Source of the DNA: Selaginella moellendorffii
Taxonomy: Eukaryota > Plantae > Lycopodiophyta
Direction: 5' to 3'
Assembly (NCBI RefSeq): GCF_000143415.4
Contig: NW_003314269.1
Span: 3,602,673-3,666,672, forward strand
Length of the DNA stretch: 64,000 nt
Both the position numbers and the translations under genes were made by a program. This document shows, in pieces, positions 11,746-24,900 of this stretch (the stretch's first letter is position 1; each line of letters opens with the position of its first letter). The notes under the pieces are model-generated. The model was not told the DNA's origin. It saw nothing but the letters and a program-made list of their open reading frames with translations, and made no database searches.

Positions 11746-13924
11746 CTAAAAGCTCTTGCGTTTGATTCTCACTGCAGTCCTGTGCTTGGCCTTGTAGTCC
11801 AAGCTCAGCTTGTCTTTGGACGCCAGCCATTCTTCTTCGGCGGCAGGGGACCTCATGAACGAGCAAGTCTTTTTCTCCAGGAGAGCTTTCACGGATGGCC
11901 GAAGCTGCTGGTGCTGTGAGCTCTCGGTAACGTCGTTGCTAGTACTCTTTGAGGTACTGACCGGCAGTGATGTTCCTGTAGTGACTTTGGCTCGTTGGTC
12001 GTCAGAATTATCACCTTTCTTCTTGATGTTTGGCACTAAACTTGCCGAACTATTGGATTCCTGTGGTTCGGCTCCTGCTATCGTTGACAAAGAGAATGTC
12101 GCACCGCTGCCATCTCCAACCAGAGATTTCCACGAGCTAAACCGGACCCAGCTCTGATCTTTTTGTTTTTCCTGCTGCTGCTTTCTATCAACTTGGTCAT
12201 CCTTTCTCTCAGGTCCATTTTCGCTTCCTTCGAGAGCTTCTTTAGAGCTTCCATCAGCTTTGTCCGACCGGCTCTTTTTGTTCGAGTGACGAGCAGCTCG
12301 GTCTCCAGATTTGTGCTTCTTTGCATCTGGAATTGTAACTTGCTCGTCTTCGAGAGCTTCGCTAACTCCGGTTCCAAATAAATTATCCCCTTTCGTAGCG
12401 TTGGCTTCGGTCTACAAACAAAAAGGAACTCACTCGATAGTCGTCAAAGAGATAAACGCAAACGTACCTTTCTTCTTTCTTTCAGCATGCCACCCTCTTC
12501 GTCAAGTCCTTCCTCGTCGCATTCTTCTCTCGTAAGAACTTTCTTGCTACTTGTAGCGCTCTTTGTGTCTCGAGACGACCACCTCACGCGGTTAATTTTC
12601 TTTGTTTCGTGAGAGCTTCCATCAACCTTTCCCGAACTATTCTGATCAACCTGGATATGTTCCAATTCCTCTTCCACGTCCTGTTCTTCAAAGGAGTCCT
12701 CAGAGAGCTCTTCGTTCTCTCTCAGTCCAGCCGCGGCTTCAAACAAAGTATCCCACTTTGTATCGTTGGTTTCAACCTTGGCCTGCGAGAAAGACCAACG
12801 CGATGAGACTGACAGAAGAAAACATCGTACCTTTCTCTTTTTTATCAGCCCCGGGAGAACAACGCCATCCTCTTCGTCGAGTTCTTCCTCCTCGCTTTCA
12901 TTTTCCATAAGAACTTTGTCATTGTCCTCCTTGTCACTTGTAATGTTCTTTTCCTCTTTGGAGTTTGATGCTTTCACGCCACTCGTCTTGTCCTCTTTCT
13001 TGTTCTTCTCTCTGAGTAAGTCATCTTCGTCTGGAACGAAAGCATTCACGTCGCCTTCCATTCTTTTTACCTCGATTTGCTTGCCTTTCTTAGTCTCACG
13101 GGGAAGTTTGCTGCTCGGATCCCCCTTTTGTTTCTCTTTTTTCTTTCTCTCGCTATTGCTCGTCTCGGCTATGGAGCTTGACCCCAAGTTGCTTCCAGCC
13201 GCCTCCACCTCTCGGCTCGATCCGTTCTCATCCAAACGCTTGGATTCCAATTTTTCCACAAGCCTCAAGTAGCCACTGTGCTCAAACTCGAAAGGATCGG
13301 TGGCCTCTTGATCTTGGTGTTCTCCGCAGCTACACAGTCCGAGCAAAGCGAGAGGATGGCTGGCGCAGCGCTCAAAACTCCGTTTGTGTTTACCTCCACT
13401 CACAACTTTCACCTGGAAGATCACTGCTCAAACTAGAACTAAAGAAAAACCAGAAGCTCGTCACCTTTCGTGATCGCGGGAAAAAAATTTTAAGCGCCCG
13501 CGTCGCTGGAACAATCGGCATTTTCGGCCGCTCTTTCTGCTCGCCATCCTTCTTTTGGTCCTCCCTTCCGGCGGCCCATTCTCGTTCCAATCGCTGAAGA
13601 TAGTGCTCTTTGGCCAATTCCACGCGAAGGCATCCTCCCTTCCACTTACAGCCTTTGTACTGCGGTACAAAAATTTCGTTTTTCATCGATCGGCATCGCA
13701 TCAATCAATACGATGAAAATACTTACAGTGCTGAAGACCTTACGGAGCGCCGCGGGCGACGAAGCCACGAAATCGATGTAGGCGAAATCGCGATCGCCGC
13801 TGCGGATCATCTCCACGGCGCGCACGGCGCCCAGTGATCCAAACGCGCGCTCCAGATCCTGCGCAGCCACGGACGCGCCCAGGCCGCCCACAAAGAGCCT
13901 CACTTCCTCTCCCATTTGCCCCAT
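11746..13924 (-). CDS. RRM-domain nucleolar protein, NOL8/ROS3-like
   Basis: N-terminal RRM (RLFVGGLG..RDFAYIDF..YKGCKWKGGCLRVELAKEHYL.RL.REW), long acidic/basic middle, C-terminal CSFMRS...EEW...K..L..DYK.KH..A motif. Confidence 0.85.
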
Positions 13925-13998
13925 AAACCCTAAAATTGCTAAACCCTCTATTATTACCTTTTTGATTCCATAAACCCTAAACCAGAGAGATAGGGTTT
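13925..13998. promoter_or_regulatory. telo-box-rich bidirectional intergenic region
   Basis: AAACCCTAA at 13925-13933 and 13972-13980, AAACCCT at 13941-13947, TAGGGTTT at 13991-13998, between divergent ATGs. Confidence 0.7.
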
Positions 13999-15091
13999 AT
14001 GGACATGGCCTCACTCCAATGCGCGGGAGCGGGGGCTCTGGCCCTGTGGCAACGCCAGCATTCCTCCGGTAAGCGCTGCTCGATCGGGAGGCAATATGGC
14101 AGGCGCTGCTCGATCGCGGTGTCGATTGCGCAGCGCGGATGGTGCCAAAGAGCCGGGAATCCCAGATCCGGGGCTTGGCGGGCAATGGCGTCGGATTCGC
14201 AAGCGGAGGACGAAGAACAGGAAGACGCCTTGCTAAGCGACGAAGAAGAGGAGACTGAGGAGGAGGATGAGGAGGTAAAATTTTCTCTTTCGAGCTCGAA
14301 AAGAACTTGAGTTTCATTCTTGCAGGACAATGTTGACGTGGATGTTCTTAGCAACGAGGAAATCGATGCGTTGATGAAAGAGTATGGGAATGTTGTGCGA
14401 TCGGATCCAGAGCCTCGAAAATCATCTGCCGAAGATGCTAATGCGGATGCCGAGGCTCTCTCCAGTAAGTTCCATTCTTTCTTTTCCTCGTTTCTATGGT
14501 TTGGCCTGATATCTTGTGTTTTGCGTAGTGCAGTGGCTACTGCTCTAGCTACAGCTGCCAACGAAGTTAAAGCGGTGGATATCAAGCTCTTTCACGTCAA
14601 ACCTCTGATATACTGGGCTCGCTACTTTTTAATCGCTTCAGCGTTTTCTATGCCTCAAGTCAATGCTATAGTGTAAGCCTGCCATCGTTTCTTTCTATGA
14701 TCTTACCAGGTACGGTTTCTAAAATCTGCAGTGGAAGAATAGAAGACATCGCCCAAGAACAGTACGGGAAAATTCCAAGACCAAGCGGAAAGCCCTCGGG
14801 CTGGACACTCATGGATTTCGGTGAGCGTCTTTTAATATTCTTCTCTGTGTGTGTGTGTGTTACTGCCAGATATTTACACTGCTGGTACTGATCGAAAAGT
14901 CTCTGCCCTTCGCAGGTGATGTCGTTGTGCACATCTTTCTACCATCGCAGCGAGAATTCTACAACTTGGAAGAGTTTTATGCGAACGCTCCTCTAGTGGA
15001 GCTGCCTTTTGTCTCGGAAAGCAGTAGCAGCAGCACAGCCAGGTCAGATGCCGAGGGAGAGAGCGAAGAGGAGATGATCTCTTTGAGCTAA
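13999..15091 (+). CDS. plastid Iojap/RsfS ribosome silencing factor
   Basis: Transit-peptide-like N-terminus, acidic linker, [64 protein letters not shown]. Confidence 0.92.
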
Positions 15092-15991
15092 GTAAGTTCT
15101 CTCAGTTTGTATCGAGGAGGAAGTTGAAAAGTTCTAACGCTGCTTTCCACAGATCAAGTCGAGTGCGAAGATGGCCCGCTTGTGTTTGACAAATTCAAGA
15201 GAGATGAGGGGAACAGTGAAGCGCTGATGATGGTGGTGATGATCTCTTTGAGCTAAATGACGTAAGTTTTTCTCCATAGTTTTGTTTTGGGTCCTTCGAA
15301 GGAGGTATTCAAGACTGATCGATGCGTCCTTCTCTTGGGTGGATTCTTTTTAAAGGATTCTTCCTTTTGGTCGCAGGGCCAGCGTCTAGAACAAAGAGAC
15401 GAAGGAGAAAAGAAAGGCTTGTAACCATTTTTCTAATGTGTGAGTGCGTGCCGTCAGTCAAAAAAGAAGTGTTGGAACATTGACGCGGCTGGCCAGCCAG
15501 TCAAGCGCGCACACGTGGCAGAATATGGGGCTTCCATCTTGCCTCGGATCGACGGCCGATACGCTTGCGGTCCACCACACAATTCATTCCTTTCATTCAT
15601 TCTCGTAAAGTAATGTCCTCGCATTTTCTTCGCTAAAGCTGTTCTACATTTTCTAGGGCTGGGCAAGAGGCAGGGCGAGGCGCACGGGTCGATCGAGCTA
15701 CGGGAGCTCTCTTCGCGGGCGCCGGGAGCTCTCCCGCGGGCAATGCAGTGTTCTTGAAATTGAGGTAGGGTTTTGCGGCAGCCGGGAGCTTCCGGGTGGG
15801 AAATTTCGGCTCGCGCGACGCTGGAAGTCCAGGATGAGGCGCTGGAGGGATTGCTAGGATGGACAGCTCCTCGGACTGGATAACGTGAGGTGAAAATGCG
15901 GGGAAATTTGTGATGCTGCTCGAGGAGTAAGCGGGAAGATCCAGCAGGAGATAGCATGAGGTGCCTGGAGTAGTGGAAGGAGGGGGAAGAA

Positions 15992-18900
15992 ATGTTGAAC
16001 AAGGGGCTGTTTGGATGGTCTCCACCTCACATCCAGCCACTGACGCCAGTGTCCGAGGTCTCGGAGCCGCCAGAGTCGCCTTCGCCTTACTTGGATGCTG
16101 GGGGTGATGCTATACCCGTGGATGACGATGTTCTAGAGGATGAAGAGGACATAGATTTCTCCCCAGTGGCAGTCTCGTTTTTCAAGCTGTTCGTGTATGC
16201 TGGAACTTGGGACTGGGTGCTTATGATCCTTGGGACACTCGCATCGGCTGTTCACGGTGCTGCGCTGCCGGTTTACCTCCACTTCTTTGGGAAAATCCTC
16301 AATTGCTACCGGCACAGAACGAGTCAAGCGCGAGTATACGATGATCTCACGCAGGTTAGTACCAGTTCTTTGCGACTTTGCCTTTTTCTTTTCCTTCTTT
16401 CTATGCTCACGCAATTCTTTCTTTCTTATAGTATGTCCTGGATATTCTCTACATTGCGGGAGCTGTTTTGCTGGCTGGATGGATACGTAAGTGTCGTGCG
16501 TTGTTCTTTGAAATGATGGTGATCGCTTTTGTCATGTTTCTACCGCAGAGGTCTCTTGCTGGCTCTTGACTGCGGAGAGGCAATCTTCTGTAATGCGGTC
16601 AAAATATCTGCAAGTTTTGCTCAATCAAGACATGGGGTTTTTTGAGAGTTATGCAAGCAATGGAGATATTGTGAGCCAAGTTTCGAACGATGTTCTGTTT
16701 ATCCAGTATACTATTGGGGAAAAGGTATGCATTATGAGTCTCCATCTCTAACAGCTAGGCTTATACTTTTTCTAACAGGTCAGCCATTATGTGCATAACA
16801 TGGCTACATTCGTCGGGGGTCTTGTAGTAGGATTTTTGAACTGCTGGCAGATAGCTCTCTTGACGCTAGCGACTGGACCTTTAATAGTTGTTGCTGGAGC
16901 CATCTCCAACATTTTCTTGCATAAGCTTGCTGAAAGCGTTCAAGATGCCTACTCTGAAGCTGCGAGTATCGCTGAACAGGTGTGTCATCAATCACGTTCT
17001 CTTTTAAACATAAAAGTGTTTTTCTTTTTTGTGCTCAGGCTATTGCATATGTCCGAACTATATATGCTTTTGCGAATGAAACTTTGGTGAAGCACTTGTA
17101 TGCAAGCGCTCTTCAGACTACACTTGGATATGGCGTTCAAATCAGTCTTGTCCAAGGCGTTGGTCTTGGCTTTATCTACGGTCTAGCTATCTGTTCTTGC
17201 GCTCTTCAATTGTGGTTTGGTCGAATACTTGTTGGAAAAGGAGATGCCAACGGTGGTGAAGTTATCGTGGCAGCATTCGCAATCATTTTAAGCGGACTGT
17301 AAGCTAAAAGATTCTCTCTTGCTTCTAGTATCCTACTTACGTGCCGATGCAGAGGGTTGAACCAGGCAGCAACAAATTTCCCGGCTTTTGAACAGAGCAA
17401 GATTGCAGCTTATAGACTCTATGACGTGATTGAAAGGACAATCGCTAACACTCAACAGGGAAATATTCTTGCTAACGTTCAAGGAAGTTTGGAGCTCAAG
17501 CATGTCTATTTCAGCTATCCTTCGCGCCCCGATGTACCCATATTGAGTGGCTTGTATCTCCAAGTAGCTCCAAAGAAAACCATGGCTTTGGTTGGAAGCA
17601 ATGGTGCTGGGAAAAGTAGCATTCTATCACTAATTCTTCGCTTTTATGATCCAACTTTAGGTGAGGCTATCACATATTCTCCATGGTTCTGATCGTGATT
17701 GTGCAGGCGAGGTGCTTTTGGACGGTGAAAACGTACGAAACCTTCAAATGACGTGGCTTAGAAGTCAGATTGGGTTAGTGAGTCCCGAGCCTGCGCTGCT
17801 TGCGTCTAGCATCAAAGACAACATTCTTTACGGCCGATCAAACGCAAGCATGGATGACGTCGAGGAGGCTGCGAAGACTGCTCATGCTCATGCATTTATC
17901 AGCTCGCTACCTTTCGGATACAATACACTGGTGAGATTTTTAGTTGTGCCTGACTTTCTGGAAGTGAATAATATCTGCAGCTTGGCGATGGAGGGATAAC
18001 TTTGTCAGAAGAAATGAAGCTAAAGCTAGCCATCGCTAGAGCCGTCTTAAAGAATCCACCCATCCTACTACTTGACGAAGCTACCAGTAATCTTGATCCA
18101 CAGGCCGAACGGAACGTGCAAGAGGCCCTTGACATACTGATACTTGGTCGGACGACACTCGTAATCGCTCACCGCCTGGCTAATATCCGAAATGTGGATG
18201 TAATCGCTGTTATTGAAGAAGGCCAGCTTGTTGAGCTTGGTACTCACGATGAATTGATGGCTGCCGATGGAACGTACGCAGAACTAATTCGCCTTGAGGA
18301 GACGGCAAGAGTTGTTCCTTGGTAAGAATCTTGCTGCCATCATCTTCTAAGCTAACGTTTCATTTCCAGGAACAAGAAAAGCTTCAGAGAAACAGCTCAT
18401 ACCTCCTCTCCTCGATTGATACGCTCTTCTTCCGTCGCGGCGCAGAATGGACAACGCTACGCGGAGTTTAGTAGCGTTCACAGCTCACCGCCTCAAATTC
18501 CAAGTCCATCATCTGAAGACAAAGACTCCGTAACGTTTGGCAGCGGAACGGCGGAAGGAGAAAAAAATCCGCAACACCCGCCACCGCTGGATATTCACAA
18601 CTTCCAACAAATACCTTTCAAGTCTGATCCGGAATCTCCCGTGTCGCCACTCCTGACATCTGACCCCAAGAACGAGAGATCTCACTCGAAGACATTCAGC
18701 AGATCCATCTCGCAGCTGGTAGAACTGGAATCGACGAGCATTATCCCCGAGACTCCTGGGAACAATGAGAAGCCAAGCTACTGGAGGCTCATACAACTGA
18801 GTGGACCTGAATGGTGTTATGCCTTTGTCGGAAGCATCGGTGCGGCGTTTTTTGGCTCCTTCAATCCGTTAATGGCCCTTTTCGTCGTTCAAACTGCTCA

Positions 18901-20668
18901 GTACTACTATCACGCGCAGGACCACCGCAGTAAACGTGAGATAAACAAGTGGTGCTTGCTTGTGACTGGTATGGGATTAGCGACGGTTTTCGTCAACTTC
19001 CTGCAACACTTTTACTTCGGCATCATGGGAGAAAAAATGACTGAACGAGTTCGAAGGCTAATGTTCTCAGGTACTTACCTCTCAACCATCCTAGAGCATT
19101 TGAGTAAACTTATTGTTGTGCATCTGTCGCAGCAATTTTACGCAACGAGATCGGGTGGTTTGATCAAGACGATAATAGTACCGAGGCCCTGTCGATTCAG
19201 CTGGCGAATGATGCTACTTTTGTTCGGGCAGCCTTTAGCAACCGGCTCTCAATTATCATCCAAGACACCGCTGCTGTTGTCGTGACTGTTTTATTGACGA
19301 CCTTGCTCCAGTGGCGTTTGGGAACAGTTGCAATTGCTACCATTCCTCTGCTTATAGTCTCAGCTATTTTCCAGGTACGCCATCACTTTCTGTTTGTGAA
19401 CGTTTCTTATTTACAGATTGCTGCAGAAAATGTGGGTGATGGGATTTTCTGGGAACATTAGAGAGTGGCATACGAAAGCTTCCGTAGTCATTGAGGACGC
19501 AGTCAGGAATATATGCACCATCGCATCCTTCTCTGCTGGAGATAAAGTCGTTCAGCTGTACAAGAACCAACTCGCGAGACTCCAGGCCCGAAGTTTTATC
19601 CGTGGTCAGGTCACAGGGATCGCCTTCGGCATTTCTCAGTTCCTTTTGTTTGCATCCAACGCTTTCGTTCTCTGGTACGGGACCGAGATACTGAAAAGGC
19701 ACGACGGGAGGCTCAGCGAAGTCTTGAAGGCATTCACCGTGTTCTCGTTCGCAACGTTTGCGCTGGTGGAGCCTTTCTGTCTGGCACCTTACATCCTCAA
19801 GAGACGGGAATCACTGAGGCCCGTGTTTCAGATAATTGACAGGAAACCAACAATCGAGTCCGACGATGGTGACGGCCTGAAGCTTCCAAACATCTTTGGT
19901 ACCATAGAGTTTCGTGGCGTCGAGTTCAGATATCCGACGAGGCCAGACGCAGTTATACTCAACGATTTCAATCTCAAGGCAACGGGTGGACAGACGGTGG
20001 CAGTCGTGGGACTCTCAGGATCCGGCAAGAGCACAGTCATCTCTCTGATCGAGCGGTTTTACGACCCCGTAGCCGGCTCGGTGACACTGGACGGAAAGGA
20101 CCTCAAGGCTTTCAACCTGCGGTGGCTTCGCAGCAACATGGGCCTGGTACAGCAAGAGCCGGTTCTATTCTCCACCACCATTCGAGAGAATATCATCTAC
20201 GCCAAGCGCAACGCAACCGAGGCCGAGATGAAGGAGGCTGCCCGAATAGCAAACGCTCACCAGTTTATCAGCGGGCTGCCTCACGGATACGACACGCACA
20301 TCGGCATGCGAGGGGTGGAGCTCACCGCCGGACAGAAGCAACGAATCGCCATCGCGAGAGTTGTGCTCAAGAACGCTCCCATCTTGCTGCTGGACGAGGC
20401 AAGCTCCGCGGTGGAGAGTGAGTCGAGCCGGGTGGTACAGGAGGCGTTGGACACGCTCATTCTGGGGAACAAGACCACCATCGTTATAGCTCACAGGATT
20501 GCGATGCTCAAGCGGGTGGACAAAGTGGCGGTGCTTCACGACGGCCGGATTGTGGAAGAAGGAGCTCACAACGTTCTCATGGAAAGAGGCGGCCTCTACT
20601 CGCGGTTTATCATGTCACACATGTCCAAGCCGATGAGGCAGCACACGGTTTCCAGCTACGGTGGTTAA
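15992..20668 (+). CDS. full-size ABC transporter B family (ABCB6/ABCB20 clade), multi-exon
   Basis: Clade-typical N-terminus GLFGWSPPHIQPLTPVSEVSEPPESPSPY. TMD-NBD-TMD-NBD layout with Walker A GSNGAGKSS and GLSGSGKST, Walker B ILLLDEA, and linker SDPESPVSPLLTSDPKNERSHSKTFSR. Confidence 0.95.
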
Positions 20669-21972
20669 TCGATCGGTTCTTCCCGGGGGCGCGAGAGAAG
20701 TTTTCCAGGAACTCGGGAGGAAAAAGAAGAGGGGACGCGACGCTGTACATAAGGAAAGAAAGAAGAACGAACGAGACAACGAAGAACAACGAGAACGAAC
20801 GAGACAACGAGATTCCAGCGAAAGCTTTCAAGAAAAAAAAAAAGAACTGTAAGATACTCCAATTTTTTTGACTATACTGGTACTAGCTTTCACTTCTTAG
20901 AGCTGTGTTTTTTGGGCATTTACGAGCTGACCTTCCAGGGAAATAATAATCGATTGGCATTGTTTTTCACAGTGTGATCTTTAAGAAGAAAACAGGCCGA
21001 GACAATGAAGCTTTGATAAGATAGATACGAAGACAAAGCTTTGCGATCTCTTGATTATATAGACGAAGGCTGTGATAAGTTGTCACAGTAAGGAGAACTT
21101 GTGATAGCTCCAAAAAAAGTTATTTGATCCGCGAAACGCTACAAAAGGTTATAAACGTCTGCCAACAAAACGCCGCTATCGCGCTTAATACGTAGCTTGT
21201 TGGTATGTACATACGTCTAGAGATAACAATTTATAGAGGTGTTGGGAGCTCCTATGCCAACCAGCAATTGCCAGATTTTGCTCTGGCGTTTGGGCCACAT
21301 GGGCCATAATCGTGGTGGTCAGTATGCACGAATCATACATACGCAATACAAACCCATGGGCCCATCACTGCCAGCCTGGACCTACGGCGCGATAAATTCT
21401 CTCCCTCGTACGGTACCGCGCTGTGACGTGGCATGGCATTGTCCGTCGGATGAGGGCATGAACGGGTCCGATATGACGCCGCAAGTTTCACCGTGTGCAT
21501 AAAACGTGGTTTTTTATCACTCTTTCACCGCGCGGTAAAAAGCGAGAGGGAGGGAAGAGAGGAGAGAGGCAATATTTCTTCGATTCGCGCGAGGGCGAGA
21601 GGGTAAATCAGGGTTCTTCCTCTGGCGCGCCCGATCTGCGCCGCGACGATAGCTGCGGATTTGTGGTAAGATCGAGCTACATTCTTGGCCGGGCGATGCT
21701 TGCGAGTAGATCGAGCTGCGGCGCGTCGCGGCGGATTCGGCTGGAAGAATGCTGTAGCTTAAGCGCTAAATGTGGATTCTAGGTGAGGATACAAGGCAAA
21801 GGGATGGATCCTGAGCTTCGACGCTACTGCTGGGCTCGGGGGATTTATAGAACTGGATAGATTGTGGATAGAGGTTACCTACATTGTCTTCTCGGGGCAT
21901 TTCCAGGCGCTCGAGAGGATGTCAGTATGATCTTTGATTGGTGGAAGCTGGGATTGGTCGATTGGAGGTGCA

Positions 21973-24900
21973 ATGGCGTCGCTGCTGTGGATTCTTTCGC
22001 TCTTGTCGGGATGTTTATGGGCTCAAGCTCAGGTTCCAGTGCTTACGAGAGCACCGGCGCTCGTGACTGCTCAAAGGAATGCCACCTTTGAGTTCATGGT
22101 AAAGAATGCCTCGGGAGGAAACGATGCTTGCAGTGACTGTGCTATTCAATGCAAGGTACTGTATCGGATCCTTTGTTTTTCTTTGTGTTTGTTTTTTCTT
22201 TCTATCTCGTTTCTTAAAGTTTGCTGTTTGATGCGCAGCTGGATGGATCGCCATTTCACGATTGCGCTTCTCGCGGAGATTCTTACTCGAGTTTAATAGA
22301 TGGCGATCACGTTTTTGAAGTTTCGATACAGACGGTCAATTCTTCAGTATCCGTGAGCTACAATTGGACTGTCGGTCAGTTTTCCCCAGCTTTCTCGGTT
22401 TTTCATATCTAACGACCAATTTACAGATTCTATACCTCCAACCGGATCAATAACGGTTGATAGAGAATTTACCAATGCCTTGAATGCCACTTTGCATATC
22501 ATATTAAGTGAATCTTGCGCTGGAGATGGTGGATTTAAGTGTTCTGACATTGCAAATTGTCCTGTAAGTTTTTAAAAAAGGTAGAAAATGCTTTCTTGCA
22601 GACAATTTTCAACTTTTCTAGGTAGCTACCCACGGTCCTGGAAGTATTGTGCCATCAAGCTTGCGTGTTATCCGACCGAATTTGGAGTACAACCTTGTAC
22701 TCAATTTATCAGCTGCAACTCAGTCGGGCCGAGTCATTGTTGCGTTAGGAAAAGAATTTTGCAGCGATTTGGCTGGGAACAAGTTCCGGAGGGGAGACAA
22801 CTCGAGTGTCATTGTGCGCTTTGGTATGCTCTTTCAGCTATAGTATGAATGTAATTGTGGTGTTTCATTTGCAGACAGAACTCCTGTTGATGTTAACCTT
22901 TGGACCGGAATCACGGAAGTTCAAGTGGTAGTCAATAAGCAACCGCGATCCCTGCAGGTGACCAGAGATATCGGCGACCTTGGGATATTTTTGGACTTTT
23001 CACGGCCTATAGTCAACACGACTGAAGAGATTCTTGGAGCCTTGAATGTTACTGATGGTGTTCTTCAACCAACAGAAAGAAAAAGTCACGGCAAGCGGAG
23101 ATACGGCTTTCTGGTAACTAAACTGCATTCTTATATTTCGGCACTCAAAGTCTCTTTCCCCAGCTCACGAATATCTCGGACTCCGCCGTTGTGACAGTAC
23201 AACTTCAGGGAGGCTTGCAAAGCCGTGATGGTACTTACGTATTGCAGTCAAACCATGTCAGCTTCTTATACGGTAATCCTTTCTTGTGAATGTAAATGAC
23301 CGTGAAGCTTGGCTCTAGATCGTAAGAGGCCGGAGGTACTACTATCCCCATCGTCGTCCGTGAAAACAAGGAAACGCACTACCGGAGTCTGGATTGAATT
23401 TTCTGAACCGGTTTTTTTATTTGATTCATCAGATTTCAACTTGTCTGCTGGCAAAGTTACGAGGTGAGCAAATTTATGTTGGGTTATCAGCTTTAAAGGT
23501 TTCCGTGTTGCAGGCTAAGCGAAATAACTAAGAGCAAATACTTCGCGGAGCTACTCATTCCCGCTGACCAAGTTGTCACGGTGTTTATATCTGAAAACAA
23601 AACGACTGATATTGCCGGAAATCCAAATCTTGCATCCAGCCAGCTGCAAGTACGCCATTGTAAGTTTTTCAGTCTTTTCAGTAGAGAAAAAGTCTCTTGT
23701 TTCTGACGTGCTACTCTGTTTCTAGATTCACCACCTGCAATTGCAGTCGCTTCGTCTTGTTTTGTCACAGCGGGTATACTTGCTACATTCATAACTTCGG
23801 GGCTGGTCTCTATAGCCTCCACTAGTTTGGGGGGAGCTGGTGCGATTACTAGCAGGACTGTGAGCTCTATTGTGTCAAATCCATCAGGAAATCTTCTGGT
23901 ATGTGAATCATGAGGATGCCACTCTGTACTGATGGAATGTATGCAGGGAATGGCCGGACATCTACAAGTATTTGCGTTATCATATTATGCCTCAACGAAT
24001 TTTCCCGTTGAGTATAGTGAAACTGTCCGGAGCATGAAATGGTTTATCCCTCACGTCAAGCTTCCATGGGAAAAGCAGCAATCTATTCTGAGCCATAAGC
24101 TACATTACCAAGCCAACAGTCCTTATTCTTTGGATTACTTGGAAACACGCCGAAAGCTGGGGTCCAACACAACTCTTTATGGACCCGCGTTAAGCTCAGA
24201 CGAATATAGGCTTTTCTTTCAGGTACAAATGACGCTTTTGTTGCTATCATTTACCTGGAGGCTTTCTCACAGATGCAACACGGAGAATCTGTCGTTCTTG
24301 AAGGGAAATATAACGGGTACGTAGAAGTTCACAAGGTCATGTATATAATTAACTTCTTCGATTCACGCTACAGATGGAACGACTTCGGGAAGAATATGTT
24401 TTGGTTGGGAGTTTTCGGGGGTGGTTTCGTTCTTTTCCACCTGTTGCTACTCTATTTTCTACGATGGAGAACGGAGGCAACTCTCAGAGGCGCTCTTTGC
24501 GTTCCTCGCTTCGAGATTTTTCTCCTTTACGTTGCTTTACCGTGTATCTGTCAAGCAGCGGCCTTCATCATTCGGGGTAAGAAGTCTGCTGTTATTTTTG
24601 CTTGTGCGAGTCACGATTGCCTTGCTCAGGTGGTACAACGGGTGGGATCATTGTGGGAGTGTTGTTACTTGCAGTTCCAACTGGCTTCTTCCTCTCCGTG
24701 CTGATGTTTTTGCTGGTCGCGGTCATCTGGGGTGCATTGGTTCAGTACAAAGAGTACAGGAGTCAGGCAGGCGGTCACGTTTGCCGGGGAGTAGTGCGTT
24801 TGCTACTCGGCGAAAGTCACATTGGGAAGTGGGTCCGCAAGGAGGGTCTCTCGTCCAGTTTCATCCCCAAGTTTGGCTTGCTGTTTGAGAACCGGAAAGG

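Noticed and set aside
17990-18060. Degenerate ABC signature (LSEEMK instead of LSGGQ) as a sign of pseudogenisation
   Set aside because: A non-canonical NBD1 signature is typical of the ABCB6/20 clade, and the rest of the gene is intact.
20690-20850. GA-rich AACGAG repeats after the ABCB stop
   Set aside because: Simple low-complexity 3' UTR sequence.
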